Shown here: piece by piece, positions 51,401 to 63,250 of the stretch
Layout: each line of letters starts with the position of its first letter
Position numbering within the stretch: the stretch's first letter is position 1
Assembly (NCBI RefSeq): GCF_006345805.1
Contig: NC_043015.1
Span: 34,968,001-35,032,000 of the forward strand
DNA from: Octopus sinensis
Taxonomy: Eukaryota
Length of the DNA stretch: 64,000 nucleotides
Reading direction: 5' to 3'
Translations under genes and position numbers: made by a program
Notes under the pieces: model-generated
Database searches by the model: none
Seen by the model: the letters and a program-made list of their open reading frames with translations, nothing else
What the model was told of the DNA's origin: nothing

Positions 51401-52264
51401 TAAATATAAATGGACAGCTAATTGCAAGAACTTTCTTAGATGATATCATTTTGTATTCAAAGTTTTTCTTGGAAGATGCTTTCTTTTTATTTATTACTGA
51501 TGTAACTCTAAAGCTACTATATTCTAACCCAAATCAAGTAAATTATAATACATATGAAAGAAAGGATAACTTGGAAATATTAATTCATAACCTTTGTTGT
51601 TTACTGTAATAAACTTGAAACCAATTTTTAACAAACCAAATCATAATTTTTTCAAGAACTGTTTTTATTGTTATATAAATTTACAAATAAAATAAAATTT
51701 TAATGCTTCATCTTTTTAGATTTTTGACATGACATGTGATTATCTCAACTTCGATTATATTAAAAAATCTGTTTTAAAAAATTTCAGAAAGGCAACTGAT
51801 TGTTCAGAACATCAGTTTTATGTCCTCTTCCACCCCCATTGAAAACCAAAATTAATTCAGTTATCACTATAATATAGCTAGTGCAGGCATGCTCAACCTT
51901 TAAAATCTTGGAAGTTACTTAAATTTTGCATGGCAATTAGCAGCTGTCTGTAATTTACACAAAAAATATATTTTCAAATTCATGACTAAAGCAGTATAGT
52001 ATGAATGTTTTTCGAAAGTTGTAATTATTTTGCTGAAATCAGTGTGAAACTTGAAATGAACATCAACAATTTTGATGTAATTACAAGAAGTCATCAAGGT
52101 ACTTGTTAATCATTCTTGCATTCTTGTTCAATATTTAGATTTAATAAGATTCATGTGAAAACAAAGAGGATTCTCACTGATGTGTTTCTAAAGCAAAATT
52201 TGATTACACAAAAACCTTCATTTATGGATACTTGTCAGATCTTAGTAATCTGTTTTCAGAAGCA

Positions 52265-53775
52265 TTATTCATCATCCTCGTTTAACGTCCGTTTTCCAAG
52301 CTGGCATGGGTTGGACGGTTTAACTGGGGACTTGCAAGCCAGGCTCCAATCTGATCTGACAATGTTTCTATAGCTGGATGCCCTTCCTAATGCCAACCAC
52401 TCCGAAAATGTAGTGGGTGATTTTTATGTGCCACTGGCATGGGAGACAGCCAGGCAGTATTGACATCAGCCATTTTCGGATGGTACTTTTTACAGGCTAC
52501 CAGCACAGGAGTCAGGTGGGGCTGGCATCGACCACGTTCGGATGGTGCTTTTTACATGTCATTGGCACAGGGAGCCAGTCAGGTGGCACTGGCAATGACC
52601 CACGCATATATGTTGCTTATTGCATGCCACCAGCACGAGAGCCAGTCAGGTGGCACTGGCATCAGCCACAACTACAATTTCTATTTGATTGTGATTTGAT
52701 TTTTGATTTTGATTGTACTTGACTCCATATGTCTCCTCAAGCACAAGTTGCCCGACGGTTCAAAGGTACTTTTGAAATGGGCTGATTATGCGACACTGGT
52801 ATAGGCTATGGCTGTGATCTCACTTTACTTGCCGGGTCTTCTCAATCACAGCATATCTCCAGAGGTCTCGGTCTTTCATCATTGCCTCTGTTAGGCCCAA
52901 TGCTTCACCACCTCATCTTATGTCTTCCTGGGTCTCCCTCTATCATGGGTTCCTTCCACTGTTAGGAAGTGATACTTCTTTACACAGCTCTCCTCATCCA
53001 TACACAGCACATGACCATACTAGTGCAGTCGTCTCTCTTGCACACCACATCTGATGCTTCTTATGTCCAATAGTTCTCTCAGGGTGTTTACACCCTGTTG
53101 TGTGTGCACACTGACACTACACATTCAATGGAGCATACTAGCTTCATTTCTTTCAAGCCTACGCATATCTTCAGCAGTCACAGCCCATGTTTCACTGAGC
53201 AGTGAAACATGAGCTGTGACTGTGTAGCATGGCAGTTTGCACACATGCATCATGCAATCTACCTTTCACTCTGAGCGAGAGGTCCTTTGTCACCAATACA
53301 GGTAGGAGCTCTCTGAACTTTGCCCAGGCTATTCTTATTCTAGTGGTGACGCTCTCTGAGCATCCACCCCCACTACAGTCTTGGTCACCTAGGTAATGGA
53401 AGCTATCAATACTTCTAGTTTCTCCCCTGGCATGTGATGGAATCCATTTTCTGAGCATCTGCAGTGTTTATTGCCCCTGTGCATCTGCCACACACAAAAA
53501 AGCTATCTTCCCGGTTAATCTTCCTTTGATGTTGCTGCACCTCTTATGCATCCATACCTTACACTGGGTGCATCTTATGGAGTTTCTACCTACACCTTTT
53601 CTACAGATTGAGCAGAGCCATCTACCCGAAGGGGTTTGTGATGAGTTCGCCTCCCTACTTTCTAGGACTTCGGTCTTTGCTACATTGACTCTAAGGCCCT
53701 TCAATTCGAAACCTTGCTTCCACACCTGAAATTTTTTCTCTAGTTCTGGCAGTGATTCTGCTATGAGGACAAGTT
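52265..53775 (-). mobile_element. Decayed RTE LINE 3' portion
   Basis: LPELEKKFQVWKQG...CSICRKGVGRNSIRCTQC...; 3' UTR and CATCATCCTCGTTTAAC tail. Confidence 0.9.
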
Positions 53776-53980
53776 TCAGAGAGAGGAAGAGGAGGAGGAA
53801 ATTGCAGGTTTGAGTAGAGGATACCTCCATTGACTGAGGGGGTTTCCGATGAGAGAAGAGAGATATCCGGTATTGATGGTGGTGGTGGTAGTGGGAATGG
53901 GTGGTTGGACGTACTGCAAACAAGCAAGGGTTAATTTAGAGTGGTGGTAAAATAAAATATGTAGCCAACTTGAGAACAAA

Positions 53981-54011
<31 letters not shown>

Positions 54012-54584
54012 TTCTTATATTGTTTTATTCATTCTGATCATTATATTTACTGCAGAAATATTTGATTGGAAAGCACATGGTGAGATAGTCAAATTGATTG
54101 GCCTCGTGTATATATGTGTGAATGTTATGTTATGTGTATGTCTATATATTTACATATATATACTAATTCACAGTAAATCTCACTGACGATAGCTGAGTAT
54201 TTACTGCAGGTCCTGAAATTGATCGATATGGGATCATCTGTTTATTACTTGTGAATTTTATTCTCAAAAGGTACACTAATTCTTGGTTATTTCCTTGCTT
54301 TCACCTGTGTATATGAGTGATTTAAGTGGTTTAGAGTCATTTTCACCTCTATTTCTAGCATGTTGCTACTTTTCCCAGTACCCTTCATTATAGTTGTATA
54401 TATTTATATATGATTATAGACTTGTATTAATTTTTATGTCTACAGTTTTAAAGCATGCTAGCCACTGATATTATTGTTATTATTTTATAATAATTTTATC
54501 CTTTGTGTATATATACACACACACATAATATTGGGGTCATTGCTGATTTTTTTTGCAAACTCTGTATAATCTTTGTTTCAGAAA

Positions 54585-54850
54585 ATAATAATGGCAGACC
54601 CTCAGCTTACTCAACAAATGGAGAGTCATACTGTTATTGTGGTTGTAAAAGTTTGAGCATAGCAATTTAGAAATATCTCGAGTTTTAAAAGTTGCCAGAT
54701 CTTTCGCCTACAAAGTTTAAAAGGAGCTAGAGATTAAAGATGGAAATGTATCATCAGTATCAAAGCATAAAAAGCGTTCTAAACACTCTGAAATCCTCAG
54801 AACACCTGAATTTATCCAACAAGTTCAATAGATCATTGATTACAATCCCA
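54585..54850 (+). mobile_element. Tc1/mariner-type transposase N-terminal (HTH) remnant
   Basis: MADPQLTQQME...SNLEISRVLKVARSFAYKV*KEL...RTPEFIQQVQ; frameshift and stops. Confidence 0.55.
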
Positions 54851-54859
54851 GAAATTTAC

Positions 54860-55480
54860 ACCAGCAACTAGCTGCATCGCCAAACTGATGGAATCCTGTA
54901 TCAGAGAAACCCTGAGGTCAGTTGAAAGAGATCTCATGGCGTTCAGGATATGGCAAATGCCTCATGGAGATCTCTTTCAACTGACCTCATGGACTTTAAT
55001 AATAATAATAATGAAATTATTGTATACAGTGCTCAGGTGCACCACAACTTGTCAGAAAGTGCATATAAAGTACATGCAGTAATGTAAAAATGTCTGGAAA
55101 GCGAACAATGTATGAGTCAGATACATGCCTGTGTGTGTATGGAGGGGAGAAAATCAGGTGTAGTGTTGGCGAATCTCAGGAAGCATGGAAGTTTTGAAGG
55201 ATGCAATGCTCCAACAACTAACAACTGATGCCGGCAGTTTGTTCCATGCTTCAGCAACTCTCAGCGTGAAAAAATGTTTCCTGAAGTCATGGGAGCTGTG
55301 CTGTTTTCTGACTTTGTAAATATGTGGAGTTTGAAAAGGTGCTCAGAGTTATTGTTTGTACGATAGTTGATAATTTTATAGGTGTCTGCCAGACGTCGGA
55401 GTTTCAATGTGTCCATGCCCAGGGAAGTAAGGTGTTCAGGATATGGAAAATGCCTGATGGAGGGTATTCTTTTGGTTGCA
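54860..55480 (-). mobile_element. Rearranged CR1/L2-type LINE copy (3' end on -, short RT piece on +, fold-back hairpin between them)
   Basis: 54997-55480 matches 47534-48040 with deletions; 54860-54915 reads TSCIAKLMESCIRETL on +. Confidence 0.8.
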
Positions 55481-56599
55481 TGTCAGAAGAAACAGTCAGA
55501 AATGTTGTCCACAAAGACATCAGATAATAGGTCTTATATGACGAGGAAAGGTCAGTTGGTCAGAAAAAGCAATTCTATGTCTTTGTGCAGCTGAAGATTG
55601 CTCTTCATTTTAAATTGATGTAATGAAATGATTGCATTGTTAAATTAAATGGAGTCGCATGAAACGATTGTACTGCATTACCTCTGGATATCCTTGTTGC
55701 TTATTTTGATATATATATATTCTGAATAAAACTGGCCCTCAAATATTTTATGTTACATAAAAATCAACTTTTGTAAACATTAACTATGAAACTTGTACAC
55801 TGCTAAAGATCAAACTGTGATGTCTATACAATCCCGTAATTACTAGTTTTCCCTGCACTACAGCTACCTTAGGTTATGGGATTTTCAGGCTTAACTTTAA
55901 GGATATGGTCTGTAATTTTGATCTTATGGAAACTTGCATTTTATTTAAGATCAAAATATTTAGTTAGCAATTTTAAAAACTATCATTTTTCACTAGGAGT
56001 ATTGTAGAAATTCAATATATCAGTGATAGTATTTTTCACAATTTAGTACATATGCTCAAAAGACTATCTTCATGGGGTATATCTTGAACAAGTTAACTTG
56101 TTAAGGCCAATTTTTCTGTAAACTATGCCCACAGGAGTTAAACACAGAACTACATTAATGGAACAGTACCCTTTTACCACTTACTGTAGAAAGCTGTTTT
56201 TCTATAATATATACTTGCAACAGGCAAAGAAGGTAATATATTTTCACTAATGTAATATGTGAACTACAAATATGTCAGCTGCACTTAATTAACTCAGTTA
56301 CCACTCTCAACTGATATTACTTTCAAGTTTCAAAATATATTGGTCTACATTCTGAAGTAGAATCACTGTTAGTGTATAGGTAATAGATATATGAATAGTA
56401 AAAACAAATTTGGTATCAAAGATGAAAATTTAACAAGAGTGATAAACTCTGTGTGAAGTATTATCCTAGTTACAAATGGTTTTCATTTATAACCACAACC
56501 ATATTAGTCACTACTGTTTTTCAGTTCAATCTTAATTTGTGACAGGCATGTACATGAACATCGAAACAAATATCAATGGAAATAGTAGTTGTGATACCT

Positions 56600-56934
56600 G
56601 TCCCGGTGGCACATAAAAAGCACCATCCGAATGTGGCCGATGCCAGTGCCGCCTCGACTGGCTTTTGTGCCGGTGGCACATAAAAAGCACCATCCGAACG
56701 TGGCCGATGCCAGTGCCGCCTCGACTGGCTTTTGTGCCGGTGGCACATAAAAAGCACCATCCGAACGTGGCCGATGCCAGTGCCGCCTCGACTGGCTTTT
56801 GTGCCGGTGGCACATAAAAAGCACCATCCGAACGTGGCCGATGCCAGCGCCGCCTCGACTGGCTTTTGTCCCGGTGGCACATAAAAAGCACCATCCGAAT
56901 GTGGCCGATGCCAGCGCCGCCTCGACTGGCTTCT
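56600..56934 (+). repeat. 67-bp unit x5, derived from the RTE 3'-UTR repeat
   Basis: GGTGGCACATAAAAAGCACCATCCGAA at 56605, 56672, 56739, 56806 and 56873. Confidence 0.95.
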
Positions 56935-57995
56935 GTGGGAAAAATATCAAGATAGAGAGACTGTTTTATCTTCAGGTGAGGAGCAAAGGCTTGTGCTGTG
57001 CACCTCTTGGGGCTATCTGATGGATTCCTATGATTTGCAACTGATCATTAAAGGATACCTGGATCATTGAGGTGTCGATGTGAAAAGAGTCAAAGGGAAT
57101 ATGCCTGGTGTAGATTGGGCTGAGGCATTTCTCATGAGACATAAAGACAGTTTAAGAGAACGAATATGCCAGAATATCAAATGAGCAAGAACTGCTGTCT
57201 CTCGGCCTACAATAAACTCGTATTTCAACAATTTAGCTGAGAGCTTAGATGGTATACCTGCACCAAATATTGTGAACTACAATGAGACGAACCTAATGGA
57301 TGACTTGGGATGGAAAAAAGTCATCACCAAGCGAGGTACAAAATATCCAGAAAGAATTATGAACACCTCTAAAGCATCTACTTCTTTGATGTATGCCGCT
57401 GCGGCTGATGGTACTCTTCTCCATCCTTACATTGTGTACAAGGCTGTTAACCTGTACGACACTTGGACACTCAGTGGGCCAAAAGGTGCCCGATACAACA
57501 GAAGGAAGTCTGCTTTGATTTTCAAAGTTTCAATGACTGGTTTACTTCCTTATCTGAAAAAACTGGCAGGAAAAAAAAGGTTTTGATTGACGACAATCTA
57601 AGTTCACATTTGTCCTTAGAAGTGATAAAAGCGTGTGAGGAGAACAATATATCCTTCATATTTCTGTCACAATTCGACACATCTGCTGATGGATGTATCA
57701 TTTTTTCGGCCACTCCTGTAGTTTTTTTATTTGTCTGTATTCACCCTGCAGCTAGTTGAATAGGTCCAATAGTGTGTTGTAGATAACTGTCCCTATTCAC
57801 CCCAATTGATGAGTGAATAGGGAGAGTGGTTTTTTTATCTAAAAAATGGGTGTGCCAATGAATTTTGATAAAGTTTCAATGGTAGGTTACTGGTAGGGAC
57901 ATAAATCCCACTAAATTAATCAGTAATGCTATTGCAGTCACTTAGTGACATGCATTTCAACCTCAAAATTGTCCCTATTCACCCCCGGATTACAG
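56935..57995 (+). mobile_element. Decayed pogo/Fot1-like (CENP-B HTH plus DDE_1) DNA transposon, right end intact
   Basis: PGVDWAEAFLMRH...NIVNYNETNL...TSLMYAAAADGTLL.PYIVYKA...VLIDDNLSSH; right TIR GTCCCTATTCACCCCCGGATTACAG|TA; subterminal CCCTATTCAC/GTGAATAGGG palindrome at ~57790-57825. Confidence 0.85.
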
Positions 57996-58156
57996 TATGT
58001 ATATATATTCTCATACATATACTAATTTACAGTAAATCTCACTGATGATGTTTTAAAAAGCTTTTATTATATACTTCATATTTTATTATGTCCACAAAGA
58101 TTTAAAAATGCAGTCCACTATATTAACCATTTGACTGCTACTTTCTAAATTTTAAT

Positions 58157-58283
58157 TTACTGAAACCACCACAATCGGAGATCATTTGAATAATTGACAG
58201 GAACATTATCTTCAGAATCTTCATCAATACAGCTATGCCACTGCCCTGAGCTTGAGGCCACTAAAGGGAAAGTTGGATGGAGG
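58157..58283 (-). CDS. WRAP53: WRAP53/TCAB1 terminal exon (SLHPTFPLVASSSGQWH...NDLRLWWFQ*)
   Basis: TTTATACTTTCAG acceptor, phase 2; matches the WRAP53 C-terminus SLHPxLPLLATASGQR...LxLWW. Confidence 0.93.
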
Positions 58284-58599
58284 CTGAAAGTATAAATGAA
58301 AATAACCATTCTGCAATACCATTTTCGAAAACTTTTTACAAAAACATAAATCAATTTTAAATGTAAACTAATTGTTTACTTAAATCTCTGATTCCTTATA
58401 TATGGTAATTTTATTCTGATCCTACAGGATTCCATGATTAAGAAGCACATAGAATTTTAGTTCCCTCCAACTTAAGCTATACTTCATGGTATAGGTGACA
58501 TTTTTTAGCTTCAAGTATTTGGTACACTACTTCATGTAAACTTATGAAGTTGATGGTAGTCCTTCACACTTTAATGTGGTGGAGACAAAGAAAAACTAA

Positions 58600-58960
58600 G
58601 TAGTGATGAATATCTTGTGAGATCTTTTTAAGCCATGTGAAAGCTCAGGGCAGTGGCATACCTGTATGGATGAAGATAATGTTCCCATCATTGTCAGGAA
58701 AGAAAACAAATTTAGTGAGGAATTTAATATAAAGTTAGATGTTCACCAGGGCCCTGTCCAGACAAAGGGAATGGGTAGGAATTTGATATCGCACACTCAG
58801 GGAAATGGATATGCAAACAGTAGAGTGGGATCTTGTAGGAACTTCAGATATAATAAATGTACAAGTGTTGTTAACAGTAAAAGGCATTTATGAAATGAAG
58901 TTCATCAACTGCTCAGATGATTCATTAGAAGTAGTTGATAGTTTTTTTTACTAATAGTAG
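58600..58960 (+). mobile_element. Highly decayed RTE fragment in the last WRAP53 intron
   Basis: FSEEFNIKLDVHQG and LEVVDSF-like segments. Confidence 0.55.
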
Positions 58961-59417
58961 TATCAGGATGTGCACAGTAACAGTGCATTGCTGAATCCAT
59001 CATTTGCTGGTGATTCCCTATTACTCTCAGCAGATGACATCTTTGCACCACTCAGACGACAACCCTCCAACATATGGATCTGTTTGGGTAGTTGTTGTTG
59101 GTGAGGGTTTTACAAGGTTGGAGTGCAAATCCTACCTCAACCTCTTTTAGTTGACTTTTATGACATGCAGAGAAAACGTTGGGTATATTCTTTGACATGT
59201 TGGTGATGGCTTGCAAAAGAATTTATTCAGATGGTGTAGTCATAATGAGAATATTGCTACAGAGAAAGTTTACAATACTAGAATAAGATTATTTATATCA
59301 ACTTATATAATTATATTTACTAACATAAATAATGAAAAAAAACAAGAGAACATGTAGGTTATAAACACTAAAATTAACAATAGTAAATACTTAATGAATG
59401 ATTAAAACACAACATAC

Positions 59418-59570
59418 CTAACTCCATTGACAGTGTCTGTATGGCCAGAATATGTGAAATGGGATAAGAGACTATATCTTGCATTTGTACCTTCATTATC
59501 AGAGGTCTTAGATGTGTCCCAAATGGTAATTGTACCATCATGGTTTCCTGATATTAAATACTGACCAGAA
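59418..59570 (-). CDS. WRAP53: WRAP53/TCAB1 exon (SGQYLISGNHDGTITIWD...GHTDTVNGV)
   Basis: TTTTAACAG acceptor, AG|GTATGT donor, phase 2-2; aligns with GQFLVSGSTSGAVSVWD...DCTNGV of human WRAP53. Confidence 0.93.
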
Positions 59571-60127
59571 CTGTTAAAACAATGATTGATAATTTTAATA
59601 TTTTCAAGAACCAAATCAATCTAAAAATCATAGGCATTTACTTCTTTAAGTAATTTGTTGAAATTCATGCAAGACAGTTATCTTTATTTCATATCTTTAT
59701 GTATTTAGTCTCTTTCTAAAATTATATCCTGTGGTTTCGATCAGTAATAAATGAGGAGCCAATAATATAATGAAGCTAATAAAATAAGAACAATTTAGTG
59801 CTAGTAATATAATATCATCACTAAAATAGAACAGATAAAATACTATTAGCATTTATTTCACTGTCTGCACCAGCATCGTGAGTACTAATGAAACTTGTTA
59901 AAAAACTTTTACAAAGCCTCTGATGTTGCATGATATGCCAAAAACCAACGGGTTTTCGATAGCATAATTCTGGCAAAGGTATGATCATGAATTAATACAA
60001 TATTTTGACCATTTGCTAGAAAAATAAAGTAAAAGAAAAGTCAGATATATTTCTAATCATCATTATCAGAGTCCTCAGCAATGCTTTGCTTGTCATCAGA
60101 AGGGCCACTAGAACCCATATCCTCATT

Positions 60128-61250
60128 TCAATCATCTCCATTTTCATCATCAGCATCTCCCATAGACTTGATGTATTCCCATAGTCTTTTCAGATTCCTA
60201 TTTGCTTTATTGATGCATCCTTGAACAGTATTTGCTTTCAGATGATTAAAAGTACCTTTCAAATGTTGAAGTACATCTTTGAATGTAATGTCAATTGTGT
60301 ACTGCCTACCATCCTCTCCTTTTACAACAGCCCAGACAGTCACAGTTAGTTGCAAATCTGAGTAATGAGGTGGTGAAAATATTTACTCCATGTCCTTCAT
60401 CTTGAGCCATTCTTGAAATTACAGGTATTACATTATTTTGGATATATGGATGCAGTTTATACCATAACATAGCCTTTGTGCCTTTGTCATCAAAACCAAT
60501 TCCATATTTTGCATATACTTCTTGTAATGCTACTTTCTGGTCATTCTTTCACAGCATATTTTCGGGTAACTATTTATGGTACTTGGCATTCTCCATCACA
60601 ATAAGAGCATTGGAACAATTTCTCCCTTTCAAACACTGCAAAAGCTGTCTCATCCATTTGTCAAAGTATTTGTGATCAAACATGCCATGGTAATCCTGTG
60701 TTTGCTTCTTTTCCCTGTCAAAGATATCAAGCATATCCATCAATAATTCAGCCTGTTGTTCTCCAGTCATTAATCTTCTGGAAGACTATGATTGACATCT
60801 ATAACTGCAGCAACGAAACAATATTGTTGTCTTTTGTGGCATGCAATAGTTGTAAGGTCTTGCTCATCATTTGGTTGTACAATGGATCCTCATGCCAGCA
60901 GCAGTTCATGTGGATGTAGCTTTCATCCATATAAACAATTCTCTCACTTTTCTCTTCATTTACTTTCATCATTCGATTGACATATTGGTCATACATGAGA
61001 GAAATGTGTTCCCTCAGGTGATAGTTTCTACTTCCTTTATTCTTTTCTTTTAAAAATCCCTTACAGCAAGAAAAAAAGATTATCAGGATATGAACTTTGC
61101 AGTGAGTTCCCTCACTTCCTGGGGTGTTTAGGGCCTAGGAAATTATTGGTCGATGAGGAAAATTCAAAAGTACCCTCAATGCTGTCATCGACTGTCAATA
61201 ACTTATTGCTCCACAAAATCTACTTCCGTACCTAGTCATCAGCAATAATA
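60128..61250 (-). mobile_element. Dead IS630/Tc1-type (DDE_3) transposase in a WRAP53 intron
   Basis: IVYMDESYIH, IVMENAKYH and FSPPHYSDLQLTVTVWAVVKG motifs; several frameshifts; catalytic residues 2 and 3 altered; TIRs not found. Confidence 0.8.
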
Positions 61251-61336
61251 TTTGGTGTAACATTTACATAGAGTTATTGGGAAATATTTTGAATTGTTTT
61301 ATTGGTTTCTTACAAATAAATTTAAGATTAACATAC

Positions 61337-61440
61337 TGTGAAAGATCAAAATAAATTCTTTGATTAGTTTCAACTTGACGTGTTGCAACATATAATACAG
61401 TGCCTGGATCCCGTAAATCCCAGCAAAGTATTTCAGGATC
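61337..61440 (-). CDS. WRAP53: WRAP53/TCAB1 exon ([34 protein letters not shown])
   Basis: TTTTTTAAG acceptor, CA|GTATGT donor, phase 0-2; WDLR...TNQRIYFDL is the WRAP53 signature. Too short to appear in the ORF track. Confidence 0.95.
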
Positions 61441-61558
61441 CTTAAAAAAGAAAAAAAAGAAAATGTTCAGAATATTAACATAAACTAAAATTTAAAACTG
61501 AATAAATTTGAAGACTGTAACAAATAGAGAAATAAACAATGATATCAACATAACTTAC

Positions 61559-61677
61559 CTTACGACCACCACTGTAAAGTTTAGTTCCATCTGATGAAAA
61601 CATTATGTGTGTCACTCCACCTTTATGGCCTTTTAGCATACAAAGCATACTTTCAGATGATGTCGTGTAAAAGGCAA
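61559..61677 (-). CDS. WRAP53: WRAP53/TCAB1 exon (AFYTTSSESMLCMLKGHKGGVTHIMFSSDGTKLYSGGRK)
   Basis: TTTTTAATCCTGTAG acceptor, AAG|GTAAGT donor, phase 1-0; WD40 repeat matching [24 protein letters not shown]. Upstream exons not found in the window. Confidence 0.95.
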
Positions 61678-61994
61678 CTACAGGATTAAAAAAAGAAAAT
61701 TTATTAAGAATGGACTCAAATATTTTTCATAAAAATTTTTCATAATCCAAATCACTATAATGCATATTAAGGGTGGTGAGGGGCATGACCATTTAACAAT
61801 TCCACAAAATAAACATGCAGTCTCATCAACAGATAGCATCATACTTACATACTCCGACCATTCTTTAGACACAACTGCATAATTACTCCAGCCCTACACT
61901 GATAACTTAGAAAATTTAAAGTAACATCTACTAAATCCAGCATTTCTCTTCTTAAAAGTAATGCTAGAAAGTATCAGATAAATCAGCCATTCCA

Positions 61995-63250
61995 TCCAAT
62001 AATATAAATATACCATGTTGTTTACCTGGACTTTGCTAAGGCTTTTAACTCTGTGCCACACAAAAGACTTATGGTGAAGCTCTCTGCGTTGGGCGTAAAA
62101 GACAAACTCTATAACTGGTTGAAGTCCTTTATTTTCAGCCGAAAAGAGGTTGTCACAGTTCTAGGACAGCACTCTTCACCCTATGAGATGACATCTGGTG
62201 TACCACAGGGATCTGTTCTTGGCCCCCTTTTATTTGTTGCCTATGTTAATGACATAGATGCCAACTTAAAGAATGCCACAGTGCTGAAATATGCAGATGA
62301 CATCAAGCTGTACCTCGAAATAAAGAGGTCAGATCCTGTACACTATAGATCTCTATTGCAAGCAGACCTGGACACAATGCAGCAGTGGATCATGGACTGG
62401 CAACTCAAGCTGGCTGTGGACAAATGTACCACCATGCATTTTGGGAGGAGAAACCCAGCGTCCACCTATTCCCTCCACAACACTAATCTCAAAAAGTCTT
62501 CGTGTGAACGTGACCTGGGTGTTATTGTCGACAGTGATTTGCATTGGACAAAACACATCACTAAAATTGCCAAGAAGGCTGAGGGTGTCTTGGCATCACT
62601 CACCAAATCCTTTGTGAGCCGCTCTCCGGCTATCTATCTGCGGCTTTATATAGCTATGGTAAGACCTCACCTGGAATTTGCATCACCGGTCTGGAACCCC
62701 TATCTCACCCAGGATATCAATTGTCTGGAAGCTGTTCAGTGACGTGCAACCAAAAGAATACCCTCCATCAGGCATTTGCCATATCCTGAACGCCTTACTT
62801 CCCTGGGCATGGACACATTGAAACTCCGACGTCTGGCAGCTGACTTGGTAGACACCCATAAAATTATCAACCAGCTTACAAACAATAACTCTGAGCACCT
62901 TTTCAAACTCCACCCATCTAACACCTGTGGACATATTTACAAAGTCAGAAAACAGCACAGCTCCCATGACTTCAGGAAACCTTTGTTTCAAACTGAGAGT
63001 TGCTGAAGCATGGAACAAACTGCTGGCATCAGTTGTTAGTTGTTGGAGCACTGCATCCTTCAAAACTTCCATGCTTTCTGAGATTCGCCAACACTACACT
63101 TGATTTTCTCCCCTCCATACACACACAAGCATGTATCTGACTCATGCATTGTTCGCTTTCCAGACATTTATACATTACTGCATATTCTCTGACAAGTTGT
63201 GGTGCACCTGAGCACTGTATACAATAATTTCATTATTATTATTATTATTT
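61995..63250 (+). mobile_element. 5'-truncated CR1/L2-type LINE with (ATT)n tail
   Basis: YLDFAKAFNSVPHKRL, GVPQGSVLGPLLF, KYADDIKLY and MVRPHLEFASPVWNP; premature stop at 62742; tail TTCATTATTATTATTATT. Confidence 0.95.

Noticed and set aside
49790-58156. Searched for a p53-family gene between the ATP1B-like gene and WRAP53
   Set aside because: No p53-like peptide was recognised; the interval is explained by Penelope, RTE, CR1, Tc1 and pogo remnants.
61849-61893. Possible 45-nt minus-strand exon (GWSNYAVVSKEWSEY) with a GTAAGT donor upstream of the WRAP53 exon at 61677
   Set aside because: Phase 0 does not match the phase-1 acceptor. The alternative GTATGT donor fits the phase, but the peptide lacks the conserved YAxGSY of WRAP53.
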